Below, in pieces: positions 1-7,613 of a DNA stretch of 64,000 nt. Position numbers and translations under genes: made by a program. Every line of letters begins with the position of its first letter. Position 1 is the first letter of the stretch. The DNA lies in sequence record SRR31156797_6344. The stretch is one strand, 5' to 3'. Below the pieces are notes generated by a model. The model searched no databases and had not been told where the DNA came from. It worked only from the letters and a program-made list of their open reading frames with translations.

Positions 1-735
1 ACCAATCTCATCCAGAAAAAGCGTACCGCCCTCAGCTGTTTCAACTTTGCCTTTTGTCGTCTTTTGTGCGCCAGTAAATGCCCCTTTTTCGTAACCAAAC
101 AACTCACTCTCTAAAAGGGTTTCAGGTATTGACGCACAGTTGATAGCTACGAACGGTTGTTGCTTCCTGCCACTTAGGTTGTGAATAGAGTTGGCGATAA
201 CTTCTTTACCTGTGCCACTTTCTCCAAGAAGTAGGGTACTAATGTCAGTAGGAGCAATACGTTCAACGAGTCTGCATACTTGTTGTATTTTTGGGCTATT
301 GCCTATGAAACCATTTGTGTCGAGTGAAAACCGCTTGAGTTGTTCGTTTTCATGCTCAAGGTTGGCAAGTACGAAGGCTCTATTCACAATCACGGTAAGT
401 ATTTCGTCGTCAATGGGCTTATGATAAAAATCATGTGCACCCATTTCGATTGCCTTCAACGCTATATCTTTGTCATCGTTACCGGTGATAACAATGATTT
501 TAGCTTTGGGCATTAAGCTCAGGATCTCTTTTAATGTAGCGAGTCCTTCACTTGCGTTATCTGGGTCTGGAGGTAAACCCAAATCTAACGTAATCACTTT
601 GGGTTCATGCCGCCTTAATGCGTTAATGGCTGAGTTGCAGTCCTGTGCCTGGATGACGTTATAGTCAGCAAAAGTCCACTTTAGTTGTTTTTGAATGCCA
701 ATATCATCTTCGATGACCAGTAGTGTTTCTTTCAC
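1..735 (-). CDS. prsR: Sigma54-dependent response regulator PrsR (receiver + AAA+), 3' part runs off window
   Basis: Not in the ORF track. Manual translation from GTG at 735 gives [25 protein letters not shown] (receiver domain), later GESGTGKE and [15 protein letters not shown] (bEBP motifs). Directly downstream of prsK. Confidence 0.93.
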   Translation of the reverse strand, partial: MKETLLVIEDDIGIQKQLKWTFADYNVIQAQDCNSAINALRRHEPKVITLDLGLPPDPDNASEGLATLKEILSLMPKAKIIVITGNDDKDIALKAIEMGAHDFYHKPIDDEILTVIVNRAFVLANLEHENEQLKRFSLDTNGFIGNSPKIQQVCRLVERIAPTDISTLLLGESGTGKEVIANSIHNLSGRKQQPFVAINCASIPETLLESELFGYEKGAFTGAQKTTKGKVETAEGGTLFLDEIG

Positions 736-820
736 ACCTTTTGCCTCATTATTAAGTTTTGTCATTACTGCGGTTTGGTTGAAATTTAGCGAAGTTAATC
801 AACAGAATTTTGCAGTTATA

Positions 821-2860
821 TTAATTTTGAATGGGAATATGCATCGTAAAGCAAGAGCCTTTGCCCGGTTCTGATTGAACATCAATATAGCCTTTTAATT
901 GTTCAATCATCTTTTTAGCGTCATACGCACCAATGCCCATGCCTGAATTACCTTTTGTTGTGTCAAAGGGTTTGAATAGTCGTTCCTCTATAAAGTCGGC
1001 ACTCATACCTATCCCGTTATCGGTAATACTAATAGTGTAGTAGAGCTCTTGTTTATCTGACTCGACGACAACGGAACCTTTGTGACCGGTAGCTTCTTGG
1101 GCGTTTTGAATTACGTGGGACAAAACATTGCTAAAACGCTCTTTGTCGGCGGTGATGAACATCGGCTCTTCAAAATGTGCAACATATTCTGGTTTTGGCT
1201 GAGTGACATTTCTACTTTTACAGACAGACTCTATAACCGACTCTAGTGAAAAGGTCTCACTATCGTTGTTGGGCTGATTTTTCTTTCTCAAATGATCGAC
1301 TACTTTGGTTAGACGCAGCACGGCGGAATCAATTGTCTCAAATGCGTCATCGATAAATTCAGGGTTATGGCGGTGTTGCTTTCCGTTTTTAGCGAGTAAT
1401 TGTAGCTGTGCCAGAACATTTTTTAAGTCGTGGGCGAGAAAAGCAGACATCCGGTTAAAGGTATCAAACTGTTGGTTCTCCGAAAGAATTTTGCTGGTTT
1501 GGTGCAAGTTTAAATATACCGCTAACTGAGTGCTAATTGCGGTCATCAAATCTCGGTCTTCCCAGTTTAATGCATGTGTTGAATGAGGATTTGAAATCAA
1601 ACAAGCGCATTTTAAATCGCTGTCATTTGAAATTGGGACAATAAATCGAAAGCTGGTGATTTGTTTCACTTCCTCAGCATTAAAAGTGAATGGCGCTTTA
1701 CTACTGTTGTCTAGTAGTTCTTCAATATCAATGATCCAGTGATTTTCTATTGCTGATTCAACCAGAGCCTGTAGTGTGGACTTTGGATCAGGGTAACTTT
1801 CATCCAGATTAAAATAGGCGTAGTGTTTGAGAGTGCCTGATTGTAACGTTACAAGCGTTCCTCGCTCACTCTCAAAAGGCTCAAGCATCGCCTGTAGCGC
1901 CACGTGATAGGGGGATTCGCTCTTATTTTTAAGTACTGAGGCGAAACGCATCCATTCTTCACGATACTCATATTTGTTGGCGTAAAAGTGTTTAGCAATA
2001 AATACTTTGAGTTGGCGACGAAGTGACTCAGAGATGAAAAGACTGGCAAACAGTAATCCGCTAAGCGCAAAAAAAATGTTTTGTGCCATGCTGCCCCAGC
2101 TACCACCCGCATATCGAATGTAATAGCCTGCGCCAGCCATCAGCAACAAGTAAAGGCCTGCGACCACAAGTAATGTGCTGTGATAAACCACATCGCGCGA
2201 AACATACACACGTGTAGCCCAACTTGTGATTCTACGTGATGACATTAAAATGAGTGGCAAGGTTAATATCATTATCCACCCTCGGCCAAACCAAAACACC
2301 AGGTCAAGATTGGCGGTTAACAAGCCGTTGGCATACAAAGCAAAGTCGTAAGCAAACATCAGCCCTAATCCCAAGCAAAGTGGCTTAATTGTCCAACGAT
2401 CATGTTTTTCGGTACGACGGTATAACTGTTCAACTAGCCATAAACCAATTGCTGTTTGTATTAAATGGAATAGTATGATGGTTTTATTTTCCAACAATGG
2501 CTGAACCAAATTGACCAGTTCAGTTAGTAAAACGAAACAAAATGATATGGCGAGCCAACGAGAGTTAAACTTGTCGTCTTTAATAGTAGTTTTGAAGTTG
2601 TCACTGTTGCTTAAAGTACTAAGCAGCAACAAGAACCAAGAAAAATTTCTTACTGACTCAAGAGTTAAAGTCCATTTTTGAGGTAGGTTTAAAAAGATGA
2701 ACCCAGCAGAACCACTGGCCCACAAACAACTAAAGATGGTTGCAACAATAAGCAAAGTGCGTTGAAAACGGCGAGTACTAGTGGTTAGTAATAATAGGAA
2801 GAGAGAAAAAAAACCGACAGCGGTTAATGTATAACCGCTAAGACCAAACCACATATTCAA
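821..2860 (-). CDS. prsK: PEP-CTERM system histidine kinase PrsK
   Basis: Multi-TM N-terminus, YANKYEYREEW, H-box AFLAHDLKN, N-box IQNAQEA, DNGIG, FKPFDTTK and GMGIG; adjacent to prsR and the PEP-CTERM gene. Confidence 0.93.
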   Translation of the reverse strand: MNMWFGLSGYTLTAVGFFSLFLLLLTTSTRRFQRTLLIVATIFSCLWASGSAGFIFLNLPQKWTLTLESVRNFSWFLLLLSTLSNSDNFKTTIKDDKFNSRWLAISFCFVLLTELVNLVQPLLENKTIILFHLIQTAIGLWLVEQLYRRTEKHDRWTIKPLCLGLGLMFAYDFALYANGLLTANLDLVFWFGRGWIMILTLPLILMSSRRITSWATRVYVSRDVVYHSTLLVVAGLYLLLMAGAGYYIRYAGGSWGSMAQNIFFALSGLLFASLFISESLRRQLKVFIAKHFYANKYEYREEWMRFASVLKNKSESPYHVALQAMLEPFESERGTLVTLQSGTLKHYAYFNLDESYPDPKSTLQALVESAIENHWIIDIEELLDNSSKAPFTFNAEEVKQITSFRFIVPISNDSDLKCACLISNPHSTHALNWEDRDLMTAISTQLAVYLNLHQTSKILSENQQFDTFNRMSAFLAHDLKNVLAQLQLLAKNGKQHRHNPEFIDDAFETIDSAVLRLTKVVDHLRKKNQPNNDSETFSLESVIESVCKSRNVTQPKPEYVAHFEEPMFITADKERFSNVLSHVIQNAQEATGHKGSVVVESDKQELYYTISITDNGIGMSADFIEERLFKPFDTTKGNSGMGIGAYDAKKMIEQLKGYIDVQSEPGKGSCFTMHIPIQN

Positions 2861-2944
2861 TTCTGTTATCCTTAACTTATTGATCTTGTTTACCGTATTA
2901 ACATAGCAGTACCTAAATAATTTTTATATTTCATTTTTGAGACA

Positions 2945-2986
2945 AACAAAAAACACTACTCTTCTGACAACAAAAGAGTAGTGTTT
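2945..2986 (-). terminator. Intrinsic terminator after the PEP-CTERM gene
   Basis: Arms aaacactactctt (2951-2963) and aagagtagtgttt (2974-2986), followed by a T-run on the minus strand, ~27 nt past the stop codon. Confidence 0.7.
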
Positions 2987-3012
2987 AAACTGATGAAATC
3001 TACTTTACATAA

Positions 3013-3960
3013 TTAGCTGTTAAGCTGTCTTTTGCGGCGGGATTGGAAACCAGCAAAGCCCAAAAATGCAAGACCCATTAGACTTAACATACCTGGTTCT
3101 GGAACAACGGCGAGGTCTAATTGTCCCCCGTTTAATGTTACAGTTGCACCTACGTCAGAAATGTTTGCACCTATCAAATCTTCTGAACTACTTATACCTA
3201 AAGCAGCTAATACGTCACTTGCAACAGCATCCAATTCATCAACATATTCGTTGTTGTCACCTATAGATGAAGCTACGCTCGAAGAGGCTACAGTTTCTCC
3301 ATAAATCTTTGAATCGAATCTTTCATAATAATCGCTACTGCTATCATTTAGTATGTCCCAAATATCTACCCATACACCACCGACTTCAACATAAAAATAA
3401 TCTTGGATTATATCAGTAATTAAATATTGGAGATCTAATTGACCTATAAGTTCTAAGTTACCTGAGGAACCGGTTATAACAGTAGACGTCCCGTTAACAA
3501 GAGTTAATTCAAGTAACTCAGTGGGTGACGGAGTACCATTATCTTCATACCAGGTTTGAGTAGAGCCAGCGTCAAATTCGACGTCGAAAAAGGTTCTTCC
3601 ACCGCCAATATCAGCACCAGTCAAAAATGTACCAGTCATGTTGTCTGTTATGGCATAAACATCAGAAAGTGTACCTGTTGTGTCCCCATTGTCTGCTGGA
3701 AATAAATAGCCATAATCGGTAAAGGTATCACCAGTACTCACACCAGTGGGGCCTGTATCACTTGTGATAGCAACTAGCGTGTACCCCGTATAACTAAAAA
3801 TGTCAAAATCAGCTAGTCCTGTGTTTGTATCACCATCTCTGTCGGAATCGATAGCCCAGTCTAAAGACGCTAAGTTCAACGAGCCGGCGTAAACTGAGCT
3901 AGTGGTAAACAACGCAATACCGAGTAGACAGGCTCCTAACCCATTTTTTAATATGTTCAT
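3013..3960 (-). CDS. PEP-CTERM sorting-domain surface protein (acidic, Ser/Thr/Gly/Asp-rich; possibly flocculation PepA-like)
   Basis: N-terminal signal peptide (..SSVYA-G) and C-terminal VPEPGMLSLMGLAFLGFAGFQSRRKR = PEP motif + TM helix + basic tail. Confidence 0.95.
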   Translation of the reverse strand: MNILKNGLGACLLGIALFTTSSVYAGSLNLASLDWAIDSDRDGDTNTGLADFDIFSYTGYTLVAITSDTGPTGVSTGDTFTDYGYLFPADNGDTTGTLSDVYAITDNMTGTFLTGADIGGGRTFFDVEFDAGSTQTWYEDNGTPSPTELLELTLVNGTSTVITGSSGNLELIGQLDLQYLITDIIQDYFYVEVGGVWVDIWDILNDSSSDYYERFDSKIYGETVASSSVASSIGDNNEYVDELDAVASDVLAALGISSSEDLIGANISDVGATVTLNGGQLDLAVVPEPGMLSLMGLAFLGFAGFQSRRKRQLNS

Positions 3961-4006
3961 CCTTTAATCCTCTTGAAGGTAAGATTTCATCGTTCAATGT
4001 CAATAA

Positions 4007-4022
4007 ACAAAGTTCATGCCAA
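4007..4022 (-). promoter_or_regulatory. Sigma54 -24/-12 promoter of the PEP-CTERM gene
   Basis: Minus strand reads TTGGCATGAACTTTGT: GG-N10-GT, a one-base variant of the GG-N10-GC consensus, 46 nt upstream of the ATG. Confidence 0.75.
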
Positions 4023-4028
4023 TAAATT

Positions 4029-4041
4029 TAACGTATTGATT
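4029..4041 (-). promoter_or_regulatory. IHF binding site
   Basis: AATCAATACGTTA matches WATCAANNNNTTR exactly and lies between the sigma54 site and the enhancer. Confidence 0.7.
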
Positions 4042-4095
4042 TTTATAAATATAAATATGGTAAAAATAATAATGGATGATATTTTATTGTAGTAG

Positions 4096-4112
4096 TGTAA
4101 AAAAAACTGACA
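4096..4112. promoter_or_regulatory. Candidate PrsR enhancer site 1 (TGT-N11-ACA)
   Basis: TGTAAAAAAAACTGACA, ~76 nt upstream of the -24 element; a near-identical copy sits at 4248. Confidence 0.65.
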
Positions 4113-4247
4113 TCAATGAGGCGGATATTTATTGCTGTATCTTTCGCGTTTGACTCACTTTCGTATTTTTACCATAAGATTTCATTTAACTAATTGAAAA
4201 TTGACCAGACCAAAGTGTTATCTGATAGTTTTCACTTTTGACTACAG

Positions 4248-4264
4248 TGTAAAAAATAATGACA
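4248..4264. promoter_or_regulatory. Candidate PrsR enhancer site 2 (TGT-N11-ACA)
   Basis: TGTAAAAAATAATGACA; shares GTGTAAAAAA-N3-TGACA with site 1. Confidence 0.55.
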
Positions 4265-4505
4265 GTTGCTCAGTTAGGAATAAATTGTAGACTTACAGTA
4301 TTGTAATTTAATAATTAAGTTACAAAATACTATCTCAATCAATATTTTTACATTATCGACTATATTAGAAATAGAAAATAAACTAACTTACGAAAATTTA
4401 TTTAATCCTTTAAGGTTAGGTAGATATAGTGGGTTAATTTTTTAAGTGATAACTTAGCGTATAGCTTCTTGGTTTAACACGATTTTTCTATTCAGGAGAT
4501 TTCTC

Positions 4506-5414
4506 ATGGAAGATAAGAGCAATCCAAAAAAACTTAACGGAAAAACTGTGCCAGTGGAACGAAGACGGGAAGTGCGTTTATCTAAAGAAGAAAATCAGGG
4601 GAGCCCACACACGTGCGCTGTCACCTATAAGATTGCAGATGAGAAAGAAACGCTTGAAGAAGCGTTTACTTTAGTCTGGAAAAATTATGTCGAAACAGGC
4701 TTACAACGTGACGATCACGAGGGTCTACGTTTTACTAAATATCATTTGCTGCCCGATACAAGAGTATTTGTCGCCAAGTATCACCAAGCGCTCGCCGATC
4801 AAACACCTGAAAAATTCGATGGTTCTGGAGAAATTGTCGGTACCATTACTCTAGTGTTAGATAGTCCTATGGGCTTACCCATGGAGGAGTTTTGTGGGGA
4901 TGAAATTGCTGAACTAAGGGCTCAAGGACGTAAAATGGCTGAGGTCATTGCATTCTCAGTGAACCCTCACTACACCAAGTACAAAGTGTTTCTCCATATG
5001 TTTAAGCTGTTGTTTCAGTTTGCAGCGATGAAGGAAGTGACTGATCTATGTTGTTCGGTAACTGAAAGGCATATTAAGTTCTATCGTAGAGTTTGTTTGT
5101 TTGAACCTATGGGAGAGCTGTTACCCTATTCAGCCGCTTATAAGTTAAAAGTACAAGGCCATCGATTAAATATTGAAGAAGCGAAAAAGAAAGCGGAAGC
5201 CTTTTATTCAGGTAAGGAGTTCGATGCGGACTTACACCGATTCTTTTTTACTGAAAGTTACAATCGCAACAAAGGAGAAGGTAAGCCTCTTTCTGAGGAG
5301 CTACTGCATTACTTTCTCAAAGAGCGTTCACATTTTCTCGATAACGTACTCGAAGATGATCTATGTACACTCAGGGCAGAGTACGACCGAGTAGGGCAGA
5401 GCTTTCCTTTTTAA
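4506..5414 (+). CDS. N-acyl amino acid synthase, FeeM/exosortase-associated acyltransferase family (GNAT fold)
   Basis: Motifs AFTLVWKNY, IVGTITLVLDSPMGLPME, AEVIAFSV, VTERHIKFYRRV..FEP; RBS AGGAG; this family is known to be linked to PEP-CTERM loci. Confidence 0.8.
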   Translation: MEDKSNPKKLNGKTVPVERRREVRLSKEENQGSPHTCAVTYKIADEKETLEEAFTLVWKNYVETGLQRDDHEGLRFTKYHLLPDTRVFVAKYHQALADQTPEKFDGSGEIVGTITLVLDSPMGLPMEEFCGDEIAELRAQGRKMAEVIAFSVNPHYTKYKVFLHMFKLLFQFAAMKEVTDLCCSVTERHIKFYRRVCLFEPMGELLPYSAAYKLKVQGHRLNIEEAKKKAEAFYSGKEFDADLHRFFFTESYNRNKGEGKPLSEELLHYFLKERSHFLDNVLEDDLCTLRAEYDRVGQSFPF

Positions 5415-5474
5415 ATCAGTATTTCTATTAAAAGTAGTCGCCTTTACAGGCACCGATTATAGGGACAAACATAT

Positions 5475-6365
5475 ATGGACCATGACGAATACTATCGATT
5501 AGCGGTAACTCGCAACCTTGGTTTAGTCACTGAGGAAGAGCAAAAGCAACTTCGTAACTCCTGTGTTGCCGTTGCTGGTTGTGGCGGGCTAGGAGGACGG
5601 GAGTTAATCGACTTAGTCCGTATGGGTATTGGTTCGTTCAATGTTGCGGATTTCGATGAGTTTAGTATAAAAAATGTCAACCGGCAGATTGGTGCAACAT
5701 CCTCTACTGAAGATAAACCCAAAGTAGAAGTCATGGCTGAAATGGCAAAAGATATTCATCCTGGTGTGGATATCAAAATGTACACCAATGGTATTCAACC
5801 TGAAAATGTCGATGAATTTGTGAGTCAAGCCGATGTCATTGTTGATGCAATAGACTTTTTCTCAATGCCAGCCCGTTTGCTACTTTATCGTACTGCTCGC
5901 AAGCATGGTAAACCGGTTGTTTTTGCCGCTCCGTTAGGATTTTCGGGTACGCTAAATGTGTTTATGCCTGATGGTATGAGCTTTGAAGAATATTTCGACA
6001 TACATGATGATATGGAACTGTTTGATCAACTGATTGCTTTTACTGTCGGAGTTGCTCCATGGGGGACACATTGGCAATATATGGATACGAACAAGGTCGA
6101 TTCATCTGATCATGCGGGACCATCTCTTGCGTGTGCGTGTAACATTGCAACTGGCATGCTGACATCAGAAGTCTTAGTGATTTTACTTAACCGACGACCA
6201 CCGATGGCCGCACCTTACTATATGCAGTTTGATACTTATCGATGCATCTATAGAAAAGGCAAGTTACGCTGGGGAAACCGAGGTCCATTACAACGGATCA
6301 AGCGCAGCCTAGCAGCAAGAAAGTTCGCAAGTCAAAGGCATTTATTGGACGCCGCACCTTCTTAA
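5475..6365 (+). CDS. ThiF/E1-like adenylyltransferase, stand-alone
   Basis: RNLGLV..EEQKQL, VAGCGGLGG nucleotide loop, DFDEFSIKNVNRQ, PKVEV, DAID; no CxxC zinc pairs or rhodanese domain. Confidence 0.9.
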   Translation: MDHDEYYRLAVTRNLGLVTEEEQKQLRNSCVAVAGCGGLGGRELIDLVRMGIGSFNVADFDEFSIKNVNRQIGATSSTEDKPKVEVMAEMAKDIHPGVDIKMYTNGIQPENVDEFVSQADVIVDAIDFFSMPARLLLYRTARKHGKPVVFAAPLGFSGTLNVFMPDGMSFEEYFDIHDDMELFDQLIAFTVGVAPWGTHWQYMDTNKVDSSDHAGPSLACACNIATGMLTSEVLVILLNRRPPMAAPYYMQFDTYRCIYRKGKLRWGNRGPLQRIKRSLAARKFASQRHLLDAAPS

Positions 6366-6426
6366 GCGGCAACCAAGAGTCGCAATTCGTAAAACAGTCA
6401 GCAAAGTCCTCTGGCTGTTTTGTTGT

Positions 6427-6834
6427 TTATGGGAGAAGCATTGTGGTCAGGTGGCTTTTGGGGCGTTTTGCCAACCAAAACACAAACAGTACGCCTGTCA
6501 TTATCCCAATTACATTGGCGCTAAAATCAGCGAGCGAGGGTTCTCTCGCCGGGATCCAGTTTTGCAATAGTTCAAGGATTAATCCATAGCTAACTAAAGT
6601 CATAACGATGTGTTTAACTTGCCTAGTTCCAAAAACCATGACGGCAAACACGACAAAACAAGCGTAAGCCCCTGCATGAGCGAATTTATCTAAGTTCGGG
6701 ATTTCAAAGCTATTGAGGTCAGGAACCGTAGCGTTAGGAGAAGAGTCGTTGGCCAATGACACATAGGCTATTAGTAAAGTATAGATACCGAGTATAGCGA
6801 GTCGCATTAACCGCATAGTTTTTCTCATAAGCAT
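6427..6834 (-). CDS. VanZ family membrane protein
   Basis: DKFAHAGAY, LELLQNWIPAREPSLADFSANVIG. Confidence 0.88.
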   Translation of the reverse strand: MLMRKTMRLMRLAILGIYTLLIAYVSLANDSSPNATVPDLNSFEIPNLDKFAHAGAYACFVVFAVMVFGTRQVKHIVMTLVSYGLILELLQNWIPAREPSLADFSANVIGIMTGVLFVFWLAKRPKSHLTTMLLP

Positions 6835-6837
6835 GGT

Positions 6838-7590
6838 TTAAGGTAATTCTAACAACATACGCCGTAAGTACTTAATAGGTATGGCATATGTTATTGCGCT
6901 GGGGTCGGTCAACATGGATTCTTTGGTTGATTTGATTAACACCTTATTGATTACAGCGATCACTTCGCCAGTTTCTGGGTCAAAAACAGGACTCCCACTA
7001 TTACCGGGATAAGCAACCGCATCTAATTGGTACACGTAGTATGGGTTTCTTAGCTGTTTAATCCTTTTGGCCGTCAGTTCCGATTCATTTCTGGCAGGTA
7101 TGACTATCGGAGTAATACTTGAAATGATGCCTCTATGGGTGACGGGATATAAACCGAGTAGTGCTCCGAGTGGATAGCCAGTAAACGCATAGAGTTCTCC
7201 CTCTCTGACCGTTTTACTTGATAGAGTAAGTGGTGACAATGTTGGCCCCTGTACTTTTAGAATGGCAATGTCGTAAACATCATCTCGAGTAATGACTTCT
7301 GCATTGTAGGCTTTTGCCTGCTTACCTTTGCCTGCGTAGATAACGACTTTCTCGTTATTTTTTGTATCGATAATACTCGGTATTACATGAGCATTGGTAG
7401 CGATGTAGCGACCATCTTTTATCGCAAAACCAGTACCAAGAATATTAAAGGGTTGCCCAGCTAATCGATTATAGGTGCCAACGCCCACCACTGATGGTTG
7501 CAAGACGGCTAGGGTCTCTGGTAACCCCGCCGTGGAAAATGTTGCTTTCAGCGTTAAGAAAAAGACCAGTAAAAACCTGTATGCAACCAT
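6838..7590 (-). CDS. Secreted trypsin-like serine protease (no PDZ domain)
   Basis: Signal peptide; GTGF, ATNAHV (His), DIAIL (Asp), PGNSGSP (Ser). Confidence 0.9.
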   Translation of the reverse strand: MVAYRFLLVFFLTLKATFSTAGLPETLAVLQPSVVGVGTYNRLAGQPFNILGTGFAIKDGRYIATNAHVIPSIIDTKNNEKVVIYAGKGKQAKAYNAEVITRDDVYDIAILKVQGPTLSPLTLSSKTVREGELYAFTGYPLGALLGLYPVTHRGIISSITPIVIPARNESELTAKRIKQLRNPYYVYQLDAVAYPGNSGSPVFDPETGEVIAVINKVLIKSTKESMLTDPSAITYAIPIKYLRRMLLELP

Positions 7591-7613
7591 TGATTATTGT
7601 TACCTGTGACTGT

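Noticed and set aside
5475-6365. ThiF as a RiPP (microcin C-like) maturase or MoeB/ThiF cofactor enzyme
   Set aside because: No precursor peptide, exporter or sulfur-carrier gene is adjacent, and it is paired with an acyl synthase instead.
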